DNA of 29,504 nucleotides. Origin: Octopus sinensis. Lineage: Eukaryota. This document shows positions 11,590-23,185 of this stretch, in pieces. The position numbers and the translations under genes were made by a program. The stretch lies in the NCBI RefSeq assembly GCF_006345805.1, contig NW_021832956.1:1-29504 (forward strand). Reading direction: 5' to 3'. Below the pieces are notes generated by a model. The model searched no databases and had not been told where the DNA came from. It worked only from the letters and a program-made list of their open reading frames with translations. Numbering within the stretch: position 1 is the first letter of the stretch; every line of letters begins with the position of its first letter.

Positions 11590-12660
11590 TTGATGATGGG
11601 GACAGTGGTGATGATGTTGGTGATGGTGGTGGTGGTGAGGAGTGATGATGATGGTGTCATTATCATTATTGTTGTTGACAGTGGTGGTGGATGGTGGTGT
11701 TGGAGGATGGTGATGATGGTGGTGGTAGTGGTGGTGGATGGTGGTGGTGGAGGTGGTGGTGAAGAATGGTGGTGGTGGTGGATGGTGGAGGATGATGGTG
11801 GTGGTGGTGGTGGATGGTGGTGGTGGTGGTGGATGGTGGTGGAGGATGGTGCTGGTGGTGGATGGTGGTGAATGGTGGTGGTGGTGTGGTGGTGGATGGT
11901 GGATGGTGGTGGTGAATGTGGTGGTGGATGGTGTGGTGGAGGATGGTGGTGGTGGTGGTGGTGGTGGTGGTGGATGGTGGAGGATGGTGGTGGTGGTGGT
12001 GGATGGTGGTGGAGGTGGTGGTGGAGGTGGTGGTGAAGGATGGTGGTGGATGGTGGTGAATGGTGGTGGGGTGGTGGTGGAGGTGGTGGTGGAGGTGGTG
12101 GTGAAGGATGGTGGTGGATGGTGTGGTGGATGGTGGAGGATGGTGGTGGTGGATGGTGGTGAATGGTGGTGGTGGTGGTGGTGGTGGTGGTGGATGGTGA
12201 ATGGTGGTGGTGGTGGTGGTGGTGAAGGATGGTGCTGGTGGTGGATGGTGGTGAATGGTGGTGGTGAAGGATGGTGCTGGTGGTGGATGGTGGTGAATGG
12301 TGGTGGTGGAGGATGGTGGTGGTGGTGGTGGAGGATGGTGCTGGTGGTGGATGGTGGTGAATGGTGGTGGTGGAGGATGGTGGTGGTGGTGGTGAAGGAT
12401 GGTGCTGGTGGTGGATGGTGGTGAATGGTGGTGGTGAAGGATGGTGCTGGTGGTGGATGGTGGTGAATGGTGGTGGTGGAGGATGGTGGTGGTGGTGGTG
12501 GAGGATGGTGGTGGTGGAGGTGGTGGTGAAGGATGGTGCTGGTGGTGGATGGTGGTGGATGGTGGATGGTGGTGGTGAATGGTGGTGGTGGATGGTGGTG
12601 AAGGATGGTGGTGGTGGATGGTGGTGAAGGATGGTGGTGGTGGAGGATGGTGGTGGTGGT
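11590..12660. repeat. ~1.07-kb (GGT)n/GGAT compound microsatellite
   Basis: Direct reading. Explains the poly-H/P/T and poly-G/W/V ORFs. Confidence 0.95.
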
Positions 12661-12864
12661 TTGTTTGTTGCTGACTCATTGCAGAGAAAGGAGATAAATA
12701 TCTGCAAACAGCAATAACAAAACAAACAAACAACAAAACAATGGCAGTAACAAGAAAACTGACAACAACAACAACAAAAATAATAATATTAATAATAGTA
12801 ACGACAATAGTGATAACATAAGTGACAACAATAAAAACAACAACAAAGACAAGAACAGACAATA

Positions 12865-13016
12865 ACTTCTGATTTAGACACAAGGCCAGCAATTTTTTCA
12901 GGGTGTGGGTTGCTGGGTTTGTTGATATCATTGACTCAAGTGATTGACTGGTCCTTTAATTTATCAACCCCAGAAAGATGGAAGGTGGAAGTTGACTTCA
13001 GCAAGATTTGAACTCA
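12865..13016 (-). mobile_element. SINE fragment (family of 20110 and 24044)
   Basis: AAGTTGAC...GATTTGAACTCAG is the reverse of the B-box region of 24044. Confidence 0.65.
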
Positions 13017-13665
13017 GTATATAAATGCAATCAGCTCAAATCTGCCAGTGACAAGTTTCAATGTGTAAAACACAGGCCATTCACACTGTGTTTTGTCTTG
13101 GAGAAAATTTCTTGCCAAAATGTCCCAAAGTGGGTGGTTCTGCACCCCTCCCCCTTGAGGTAGTAGAAAGGTCCAGGGGGTGTTGAAGAATGATGGGTCG
13201 ATAATGGGGTGACCAAAATGGGGCAATGGATGTAAAAAAAAAAATCAAACAAAATAAAGAGTTAAATAGGGTAAGATTTATTTGGGAAATATTGTTGTTT
13301 TGAATTTTCCATGGGAAATAGGGTATGTTAGTGATGGTGAGTGGGGGTGGGCACTAGGAATATGGCCTTAGAACCAAGGGGGCTGCAGCCTGAAAAAAAA
13401 ATTTGGGAACCACTACTGTAGACAAATGGTGTAAACACACCAAAATCAGCTGGCAGCGCCACCTATCCAGACTGTAAGATGCAAGTATTTTGGAGTGATT
13501 ATCTCCTCTTTATCACAGAAACCGAATGGTGGTGCCACAAGCTGATAGAAGAGACAATCTTTCTGATGTTATTGCAGTCTTTGTACATCAGTTGGTTGCG
13601 AAAATTGGCAGCCGACTCTAAGAAGAATCTCAAGGTGGGAGTGCCAAGCAGCGATGGATTTTGGT

Positions 13666-13900
13666 CTCTTTACTCTCTTTTACTCTTTTACTTGTTTCAG
13701 TCATTTGACTGTGGCCATGCTGGAGCACCGCCTTTAGTCGAACAAATCAACCCCAGGACTTATTCTTTGCAAGCCTAATACTTATTCTATCGGTTTCTTT
13801 TGCCGAACCGCTAAGTTATGAGGATGTAAACACACCACCATTGGTTGTCAAGCGATGTCGGAGGGACAAACACAGACACACAAACGTATACACACACACG

Positions 13901-13962
<62 letters not shown>
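13666..13962 (-). mobile_element. 3' half of dominant tRNA-SINE
   Basis: Matches 6121-6360. Confidence 0.9.
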
Positions 13963-13963
<1 letters not shown>

Positions 13964-13964
13964 T

Positions 13965-16083
13965 AAAAGGCAGACTGTATGATGCATGTGTACGTACAGC
14001 CATGCTACATGGTAGTGAAACATGGGCCGTGACTGCTGAGGATATGCGTAAGCTCGCAAGAAATGAAGCCAGTAATGCTCCGATGGATGTGTAATGTCAG
14101 TGTTCATAATCGTCAGAGTGTAAGTCCTTGAGAGAAAAGCTGAACCTAAGAAGCGTCAGTTGTGGCGTGAAAGAGAGACGGCTGCGCTGGTATGGTCATG
14201 TGACAAGAAAGGCTGAAGATAGTTGTGTGCAAAAGTGCTACACCCTAGCAGTGGAGGGAACTGTGGAAGAGGTAGACCCAGGAAAACCTGGGACGAGGTG
14301 GTGAAGCACGACCTTCGAACTTTAGGTCTCACTAAGGAAATGTCTAGAGACCGAGACCTATGGAAGTATGCTGTGCATGAGAAGACCCGGTAAGACTAGT
14401 CAGGCCATAACCCGTGGCCCCGACCTGGGACGTAGTCAGTCCTGTGCATACCTTCCTCTTGTGACACTTATGAAGACCTGTTGAGGCAAGTGAAAATCAA
14501 ATCAAATCAAAACAAATCAAAATAGATGAACATCAGTGGATGGAATGTATTTTCTTGGTACCAGTGCCGGTGGCACACAAGAAAACCACCCAAACGTGGC
14601 CGAACCAGTACCGCAATCGACTGGCCTCCGTGCTGTGGCACAACAAACACCATCCGATCGTGGCCGTTCGCAGCCTCATCTGGCACCTGTGCCGGTGGCA
14701 CATAAAGACACCATCCGAAGACCCGGCGACGTAGTCAGTCCACCTGTGCATACCTTCCCTCTTATGACACTTGTGAAGACCTGTTGAGGCAAGTGTGTGA
14801 CACTTGTGAAGACCTGTTGAGGCAAGTGAAAATCAAACCCAATCAAAATAGATGAATATCAATGGAATTTGTATCTTTGTGGTTCCAGTACCGGTGGCAC
14901 ACAAGAAAACCATCCGAAGTGGCCGTAGCTGGTACCGCATCGACTGGCCTCCGTGCTGTGGGCACAACAAACACCATCTGATCGTGGCCGTTCGCCAGCC
15001 TCACCTGGCACCTGTGTCGGTGGCACATAAAAACACCATCCAAAGACCCGGCGACGTAGTCAGTCCACCTGCATACCTTCCCCTTATGACACTTGTGAAG
15101 ACCTGTTGAGGCAGAGGCAAGTGTGTGACACTTTGTGACGACCTGTTGAGGCAGAGGCAAGTGTGTGACACTTGTGGAGACCTGTTGAGGCAAGTGTGTG
15201 ACACGCGTGACACTTGTGAAGACCTGTTGAGGCAAGTGAAAATCAAACCAAATCAAAAGATGAACATCAATGGAATTTGTATCTTTGTGGTTCCAGTACC
15301 GGTGGCACACAAGAAAACCATCCGATCGTGGCCGTTCGCCAGCCACATCTGGCACCTGTGTCGGTGGCACATAAAGACACCATCCGAAGACCCGGCGACG
15401 TAGACAGTCCACCTGTGCATACCTTCCTTCTTGTGACACTTGTGAAGACCTGTTGAGGCAAGTGACACTTGTGAAGACCTGTTGAGGCAAGTGAAAATCA
15501 AATCAAATCAAAACAAATCAAAATAGATGAACATAAATGGAATTTGTATCTTTGTGGTACCAGTGCCGGTGGCACACAAGAAAATCATCCGAACGTGGCC
15601 GTAGCCAGTACCGCATAGACTGGCCTCCGTGCGCTTTGGGGACAAAAACACCATCCGATCGTGGCCGTCCGCCAGCCTCATCTGGCACCTGTGTCGGTGG
15701 CACATAAAAACACCATCGAGCGTGGCCGTCTGCAGCCTCGTCTGGCACCTGCCAGCCTCATCTGGCACCTGTGTCGGTGGCACATAAAAACACCATCCGA
15801 GCGTGGCCGTCTGCCAGCCTCGTCTGGCACCTGTGTCGGTGGCAAAAAAAACAACCATCCGAGCGTGGCCGTTCGCCAGCCTCGTCTGGCACCTGTGTCG
15901 GTGGCACATAAAATCACCACTACACTCTCGGAGTGGTGGCGTTAGGAAGGGCATCCAGCTGTAGAAACACTGCCAGATCTGACTGGCCTGGTGCAGCCTT
16001 CGGGCTCCCCAGACCCCAGTGAACCGTCCAACCCATGCTAGCATGGAAAACGGACGCTAAATGATGATGATGATGATGATGAT
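13965..16083 (+). mobile_element. 5'-truncated RTE (BovB-like) LINE: ORF C-terminus 13965-14393, expanded 3' UTR, (GAT)n tail
   Basis: KGRLYDACVRTAMLHGSETW...MLRWMCNV...RRLRWYGHV...GRGRPRKTWDEVV...DRDLW with frameshifts. Tail at 15920-16083. Confidence 0.9.
14429..15915 (+). repeat. Nested tandem array: four ~300-345-bp units with variable ~30-bp and ~60-bp sub-repeats
   Basis: Unit starts GACGTAG at 14429, 14728, 15053 and 15397. Confidence 0.92.
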
Positions 16084-16084
16084 A

Positions 16085-16247
16085 TGACGGGCTTCTTTCT
16101 TTTTCCATCCATCTACCAAATCCACTCACAAGGCTTTGGTCAGCCTGAGGCTATAGTAGAAGACACTTGCCCAAGGTGCCACACAGTGGGACTGAACCCG
16201 GAACCATGTGGTTGGTAAGCAAGCTACTTACCACACAGCCACTCCTG
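16085..16247 (-). mobile_element. 5' half of dominant tRNA-SINE (probable partner of 13666-13962, split by the LINE)
   Basis: Matches 6365-6525. The two halves flank the LINE at the internal (TA)n tract. Confidence 0.85.
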
Positions 16248-16396
16248 TTTACAAATTTGAACTTGCTACTGGCATTTTTGAGTGCCTCCACCTCATAATC
16301 AAAATGTAAAGAACCAGATTTCTCCAACAGCAAAGTTAGACCTCTGCAGAATATCTGTGACCCTTTTGGTCCACTTTTTTTATCATAGCAGTAATA

Positions 16397-16931
16397 CAGG
16401 GTGTTCAAAAAGTTTCTCCGCAGTAAGTATTTTATTGCAAAATATTTATAAGATGGTATAAGACTACAAAACAATAGATTAGACTTTTCAAAACTTGAAA
16501 AAACTTTGTAAGAGGTGTTGAAATTTAATTTCTATTTTATTGCCATGTGAGCCCCTTCTAGGCTGATGATCTGTTTCCTGTGACAATTTGTGTAAGGGGT
16601 TTGACGGGTTTGCCAGCATTTTATCAGAAATATTGGAGAATGTTTTGTCCGAAAGAACAGTAGGCCTTCTTGCTGTGTCTTCCACTGAGCTTGTGTTTAT
16701 AAATTTTCTTATCAAATCCCGCACAGTGTCACAATGTACAAACAACAGTATTTGGAAAAGACTTTACAAGACTTGAAAAAACTTTATAAGAGGTGTTGAA
16801 AGTGTCGTCCTTCGTTTTCAATACATAAATTGACTCTTCTACACATGTTTTGAAATACATCTTGGAGAGTCTGACTCTTGGAGAGTCAGGAGGAAAAAAA
16901 ATCACTGTAGCGAGACTTTTTGAACACCTTA
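16397..16931 (-). mobile_element. Internally deleted Tc1/mariner element with N-terminal HTH transposase relic
   Basis: TA flanks, TIR CAGGGTGTTCAAAAAGT / ACTTTTTGAACACCTTA. Relic TVRDLIRKFINTSSVED..RRPTVL...NPS..LHKLSQE resembles mariner-type HTH regions. Confidence 0.8.
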
Positions 16932-17199
16932 TATAAGTGGGGTCTGTTGGTGTATTGGGCATTGTTGTGTGGACCCTTAAATTTGTAGCAGTCAATTATT
17001 GGGGGTCTGGCGAGTCTTAGAGGAAAGTGGACAATGTAAACCAGAAGGCGGTATTGTCTGGTCGGTCTTGATCCATCGGTGCCAGCCATGTGGTTTCAGG
17101 TTCGCTATCATGGCCAAGTATCAACTACTATAGGCCCAGGCTGACCAAATCCTGTGAGTTGATTCGGTAGACAGAAACTGAAAGAAGCCTGTCACACGC

Positions 17200-17572
17200 A
17201 TGCGAGTGTGTGTGTGAGTGTGTGTGTGTGTGAGAGAGGGAGTACACACACACACACATACATACATACACACACACCACATACATACATAACATACACA
17301 CAACACATACATACATACATACATACATACATACATACATACATACATACATACGTACATACATACATACATACATACATACATACATACATACATACGT
17401 ACATACGTACATACATACATACATACATACATACATACACACACACACATACATACATACATACATACATACATACATACATACATACATACACACACAC
17501 ATACATACATACATACATACATACATACATACGTACATACGTACATACATACATACATACATACATACACAC

Positions 17573-17605
<33 letters not shown>

Positions 17606-18210
17606 TACATACATACATACATACATACACACACACATACATACATACATACATACATACATACATACATACATACATACGTACATACGTACATACATAC
17701 ATACATACATACATACATACATACATACACACATACATACATACATACATACATACATACATACGTACATACGTACATACATACATACATACATACATAG
17801 ATACACACACACATACATACATACATACACACATACATACATACATACATACATACATACATACATACATACATACATACACACACACATACATACATAC
17901 ACACACACATACATACACACATACATACATACACACATACATACATACATACATACATACACACACACATACATACATACACACACACATACATACACAC
18001 ATACATACATACACACATATATACACACATACATACATACATACATACATACATACATACATACATACATACATACATACGTACATACACACACACATAC
18101 ATACATACACACACACACACATACATACATACATACATACATACATACATACACACACACATACATACATACACACACACATACATACATACATACGTAC
18201 ATACATACAT

Positions 18211-18241
<31 letters not shown>

Positions 18242-18878
18242 TACATACATACATACATACACACACACATACATACATACACACACACATGCATACACAC
18301 ATACATACATACATACATACATACATACATACGTACATACGTACATACATACATACATACATACATACACACACACCATACATACATACATACACACACA
18401 CAACACATACATACATACATACATACATACATACATACATACATACTACATACACACACAACATACATACATACACACACCCACACATACATACATACAC
18501 ACACACATACATACCACACATACATACATACATACGTACATACGTACATACATACATACATACATACATACATACATACATACATGCATACATACATACA
18601 CACACACATACATACACACACATACATACACACACATACGTACATACATACATACATACATACATACATACATACACACACACATACATACATACATACA
18701 TACATACATACGTACATACATACACACATACATACATACACACACACATACATACATACACACACACATACATACATACACACACATACATACACACATA
18801 CATACATACATACATACATACACACACACATACATACACACACACACACACATACATACATACACACATACATATATG
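17200..18878. repeat. ~1.7-kb (CATA)n/(CA)n microsatellite, preceded by a SINE head fragment (17075-17195)
   Basis: Direct reading. Source of the 400-600-aa false ORFs. Confidence 0.97.
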
Positions 18879-18883
18879 TATTT

Positions 18884-19615
18884 GCACAGGAGTGGCTGTG
18901 TGGTAAGAAGCTTGCTTCTCAGCCACATGGTTCTGGGTTCAGTCCTACTGTGTGACACCTTGGGCAAGTATTTTCTACTGTAGCCTCCAGCCAACCAAAG
19001 TTTGAAAGAAGCCTGTCATATATATATGTGTGTGTGTGTTTGTCCCCCACCCCCATCGCTTGACAACCAATGCTGGTGTGTTTACATCCCTGTAACTTAG
19101 CAGTTTGGTAAAAGAGACCGATAGAATAAGTACGAGGCTTACAAAAAATAAGTCCTGTTTTCGATTTGTTCGAGTAAAGACAATGCTCCAACATGGCCAC
19201 AGTCAAATGACTGAAACAAGTAAAAGAATCTGTGTGGTAAGTAGCTTGCTTTACCAACCACATGGTTCCGGGTTCAGTCCCACTGTGTGGCATCTTGGGC
19301 AAGTCTCTTCTGCTATAACCTTGGGTCAAGTGGATTTGGTAGATGGAAACTGAAAGAAGCCTGTCGTATATATATGTATATATATATATATATGTGTGTG
19401 TATGCTTGTGTGTCTGTGTTTGTCCCCCTAGCATTGCTTGACAACCGATGCTGGTGTGTTTACGTCGCCGTCACTTAGCGGTTTGGCAAAAGAGACCGAT
19501 AGAATAAGTCCTGGGCTTACAAAGAATAAGTCCTGGGGTCGATTTGCTCGACTAAAGGCGGTGCTCCAGCATGGCCGCAGTCAAATGACTGAAACAAGTA
19601 AAAGAGAGAAAGAGA
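18884..19615 (+). mobile_element. Two head-to-tail copies of the dominant tRNA-SINE (18884-19228, 19231-19615)
   Basis: A/B boxes, body and GAAACAAGTAAAAGA tail each occur twice. Confidence 0.9.
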
Positions 19616-20109
19616 GAGAAAGAGATATATGAACGCACACACATTCCTATATCAGTAAGTAAATGTTATTCTATGAAGAAAGACATACAGACAGACACAA
19701 AGAAAGAAGTTTGTGTTATGGGTGGTTGTAGTAGTAGTAGTAGTAGTAGTTGTAGTAGTAGTAGTAGTGGTAGTAGTGGTGGTGGTGGGGTCAATTGATA
19801 ATTATTAGTTTACGAAACAATTACCAGTTTACATTTGATAAGGATTATCATAACGATATGTTTTGATGAAGAGGATTATAACGAGTTTCTAGCTTGGGTA
19901 CAAGGTCACAAGGTCACGAGGTCATAACTGTTGTTGTTGAAGAAATGGTGGTGGTTTTGAAGGTGGCGTCATTAGTGCTGGTGGTGGCAGTGGAGGTGGT
20001 ACAATAAATACATATACATAAACACACTCATACACACTCATACACACACACACATGCATACACTTCCTCACACACACACTCACACACATACACACATATT
20101 ACTATTATT

Positions 20110-20267
20110 AGGGCAGCGAGCTAAGTGAATTGTCAGCAAGCTGGGTGAAATGCTTGGCAGCATTTCGTCCGTCCTTACATTCTGAGTTCAAGTTCCGCCT
20201 AGGTCAACTTTGCCTTTTATCCTTTTACAGTCGATGAAACAAGTACCAGTTACACACTGGGGTTGAC
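20110..20267 (+). mobile_element. tRNA-SINE, 3'-truncated
   Basis: GGCAGCGAGCT...GAGTTCAAGTTCC, homologous to 24044-24260. Confidence 0.75.
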
Positions 20268-20301
<34 letters not shown>

Positions 20302-20308
20302 GACGAGA

Positions 20309-20369
20309 CGTGTTCTGTCCTCACCTTCGAAACACGCTGGAGTTGAACTAGGGACGGCTGATGAAGGGG
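20309..20369 (+). ncRNA. Candidate non-circularly permuted hammerhead ribozyme inside a (TA)n-flanked element (20300-20496)
   Basis: CGTGT-T cleavage strand, GAAACACG and CTGATGA are all present, with three complementary helices in the order UH, GAAA, CUGAUGA. Confidence 0.6.
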
Positions 20370-20646
20370 ATTTTTCCTTGTGTAGTTGTCTTGTACTCTG
20401 TTTTTTCGTTGTTAAAAAAATGGTCCGTTCCATGCTGTTTTTACGTTTTCGTTTCTCGTTGAGTTCTACGTCTATTTGTGGTGTCCTGTACACACGTATA
20501 TATATTTATATATGCATGTATATATACATGTAGATGTAGGTACGTACATATATGTTTATATATATGCATATATTTTATTTATTACACTATATATATATAT
20601 ATACAACAGGCTTCTTTCAGTTTCCGTCTACCAAATCCACTCACAA

Positions 20647-20855
20647 GGGTTAGGGTTAGGGTTGGGGTTTGGTTTAGGGTTAAGGTTAAGGTTACGCTGT
20701 AAATTGTTTGCAACTGTTGGTAACCTGAGCTGCGTGAGGATTAAGAAGAAGGCTAAGAAAGCCCGAATTGGCATCTATAAAGGAAGTAACTCTCTAAAAA
20801 TGCTTATATAGTTATTTCCCTTACAAACCCGAGCAACGCCGGGTGATACTGCTAG
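20647..20855 (+). mobile_element. Helitron 3' fragment starting in a TTAGGG-like tract
   Basis: Hairpin CCCGAGCAACGCCGGG (20828-20843), CTAG|T at 20852-20856, TTAGGG variants at 20647-20694. Confidence 0.75.
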
Positions 20856-21119
20856 TATATATAGGGTGAATTTTATTTTGAACGTATGCATTTCCAGGAC
20901 ACTCTACCGCCTGGGTTAGGCCACTATGCACCATCCAAGTTTAAATACTACTTTCATAGTTATCTCCTAGACATGGTTGGGTGCCCAGTTATGCTTTCCT
21001 TTATTTTCCTATGTCCTATGAAATCTAAATCTGCGCTCAGTTTCATGTAGTTCTTTCCTGATGAGGTAGGCTGTTGCTGTCTCCCTAATTCTGCTTTTGG
21101 GGTTTCAAATGTATATTGT

Positions 21120-21523
21120 AGTCTTGTGCATGGATGTTGACAGTTGCATACAGGAGTGCCAATCATTTAAAATGGATGGAACTCATGGTCGAGGGAGACC
21201 CAGGAAGATATCGGATGAGGTTCTGAAGGCCAATCTCAAGACACTGAGCCTTATGAAGGAGATGACAAAGGATCGAGATATCTGGTACATTGCTGTATCC
21301 AAGAAGACCCATTCGCCACCCGCAGAATTGAGACTGGTGCTGGTGCCACATAAAAAGAGTTTCACTCTTTGGAGCAGTTGAGATTAGGAAGGGCATCCAG
21401 CCACAGAGACCATGCCGAAACAAACAGTGGACCCTGGTATGGCCCCTGGCCTAGCCAGGTTGGGTCAAACCATCCAACAGATCCCAGCATGAAAAATGGA
21501 CGTTAAACGATGCTGTTACTGCT

Positions 21524-21556
<33 letters not shown>

Positions 21557-21610
21557 TGTGGTGGTGATGGTGGTGATGATGATGGTCATGATGATGATGA
21601 TGATGATGAT
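21120..21610 (+). mobile_element. Older RTE LINE 3' end with tail
   Basis: MDVDSCIQEC...GRGRPRK..DEVLK..L..L.L..EMTKDRDIW, followed by the shared tail and (GAT)n. Confidence 0.85.
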
Positions 21611-21776
21611 GGATAGAGGAGTAGGAGGAGGAGGAGGGTAATGGTGATGGTGATGATGACGATATGTGGCCAGGATATGATGGTCAATTGGAATTTCTTG
21701 ACCATATATCAACTGGATCAAGGCCGACATGAGCCTAAACGACACTACCTCCATTTTCTACTGACCCTCTCCTCAC

Positions 21777-21880
21777 TCACATGAAGTCACATGACTTGGC
21801 TGCTTGACCGGTCAACCCACGTATGAAGGTATCAACCTCATCTGACACTCGATCTAACTCTGTCCATAATTATTATAAAA
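21777..21880 (+). promoter_or_regulatory. Candidate core promoter: two TCACATGA M-box/E-box sites and TATA box
   Basis: TCACATGA at 21777-21784 and 21787-21794, TATAAAA at 21874-21880, in unique sequence just upstream of a perfect splice donor. Confidence 0.45.
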
Positions 21881-21904
21881 AAAGTTATAGAATATCCCAC
21901 CTGA

Positions 21905-21988
21905 TCTTTCTCAACTTGATTGAGCGTACTCTCACACTCTGCTTTGAGTGTGAGTCAAGTCGAGAATCTTAAATTAGTCTGATTACAG
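21905..21988 (+). other. Candidate non-coding first exon (start inferred ~30 nt after TATA)
   Basis: No ATG. Ends at perfect donor CAG|GTAAGT (21989-21994). Confidence 0.45.
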
Positions 21989-22399
21989 GTAAGTAACAGG
22001 ATGAAAATCAGGGATAATTTCCAAATGGCCAATCAAGTAGGAAACTCTAACAATCGTATCAAAAATATTGATGTTTTATTGGCAACCTTGGCAACCATAC
22101 AATCAAATTTATTTTAACTAACCTCAACCACAACAAATACAAGATGCTAAACCTTGGAACCTTCCATGTTCCATTTCACTTCTGGCCTGGTGCCAAACGA
22201 TAGTTAATTAATTTTTCTATTTGTGGTCTAACTGCCAAATACCTTGATTTTGTTTAATCTCGTTCCATGTTCGTGTCTGTAGCTCTATTTAGGTTCCTGA
22301 GTTTAAAATTTTACCATTTTTAGCTTTGGTTCACTTCCACAGTGACTGATTCATTCTTTAGTCTTTATTCAGTTTACAGAACTGTTATTTCCAGATGCT

Positions 22400-22782
22400 G
22401 TGGAGGCGCAATGGCCCAGTGGTTAGGGCAGCGGACTCGCGGTCATAGGATCACGGTTTCGATTCCCAGACCGGGCGTTGTGAGTGTTTATTGAGCGAAA
22501 ACACCTAAAGCTCCACGAGGCTCTGGCAGGGATGGTGGTGCTCCCTGCTGTACTCTTTCACCACAACTTTCTCTCACTCTTACTTCCTGTTTCTGTTGTA
22601 CCTGTATTTCAAAGGGCCGGCCTTGTCACTCTCTGTGTCACGCTGAATATCCCCGAGAACTACGTTAAGGGTACATGTGTCTGTGGAGTGCTCAGCCACT
22701 TACACGTTAATTTCACGAGCAGGCTGTTCCGTTGATTCGGATCAACCGGAACCCTAGTCGTCGTAACCGACGGAGTGCTTCC
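22400..22782 (+). mobile_element. Young full-length tRNA-SINE with 13-bp TSD
   Basis: ATTTCCAGATGCT at 22387-22399 and 22783-22795. A box TGGCCCAGTGG, B box GGTTTCGATTCCC, many intact CpGs. Confidence 0.93.
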
Positions 22783-22799
22783 ATTTCCAGATGCTAGCT

Positions 22800-23154
22800 G
22801 CAGGCATGGCTGGGTGGTTCAGAAGGTCACTTGCTCGACTGCATCGTTTCGGGTTCAATCCCACAGCACAGCATCTTGGGCAAGTGTATTCTACTACAGG
22901 CTGAGGTTGACCAAAAGCCTTGCAAGTGGGTTTGGCTGAGAGGAAGAAACTGAAACCAAAGAGAAGCTTGTTGTAGCTGTGTGGTAAAAGGCTTGCTTTC
23001 CAACTACATGGTTCTGGGTTCAGTTCCATTGCATGGCACTTCAGGCAAGTGTCTTCTACTATGGCCCTAGGATGACCAAAGTCTTTTGAATCAATTTGCT
23101 CATCAGAAACTAAACAGAAGTCTGTCTCGTGTGTATATATGTGTGTGTGCGTGC

Positions 23155-23185
<31 letters not shown>

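Noticed and set aside
11518-12931. His/Pro/Thr-rich and Gly/Trp-rich long ORFs resembling extensins or beak proteins
   Set aside because: Open in several frames on both strands because of (GGT)n. No splice or codon evidence.
13375-13418. hAT-like terminus GGGAACCACT
   Set aside because: No matching second TIR or TSD identified.
14461-15500. ~30-bp direct repeats resembling a CRISPR array
   Set aside because: Eukaryotic context, no unique spacers, no cas genes. Part of a LINE 3' UTR array.
17121-18994. 400-600-aa ORFs (MYVC/HTYI repeats)
   Set aside because: Translations of a (CATA)n microsatellite that lacks stop codons.
21015-21070. CCTAT-GAAA upstream of CTGATGA-G-GTAGG, a possible second permuted hammerhead
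   Set aside because: Helix II pairs, but I found no cleavage strand forming helices I and III. Worth rechecking on a family consensus.
22400-22480. tRNA-like sequence (also at 3863, 4796, 6901, 9852, 23186)
   Set aside because: SINE heads continuing into shared SINE bodies, not stand-alone tRNA genes.
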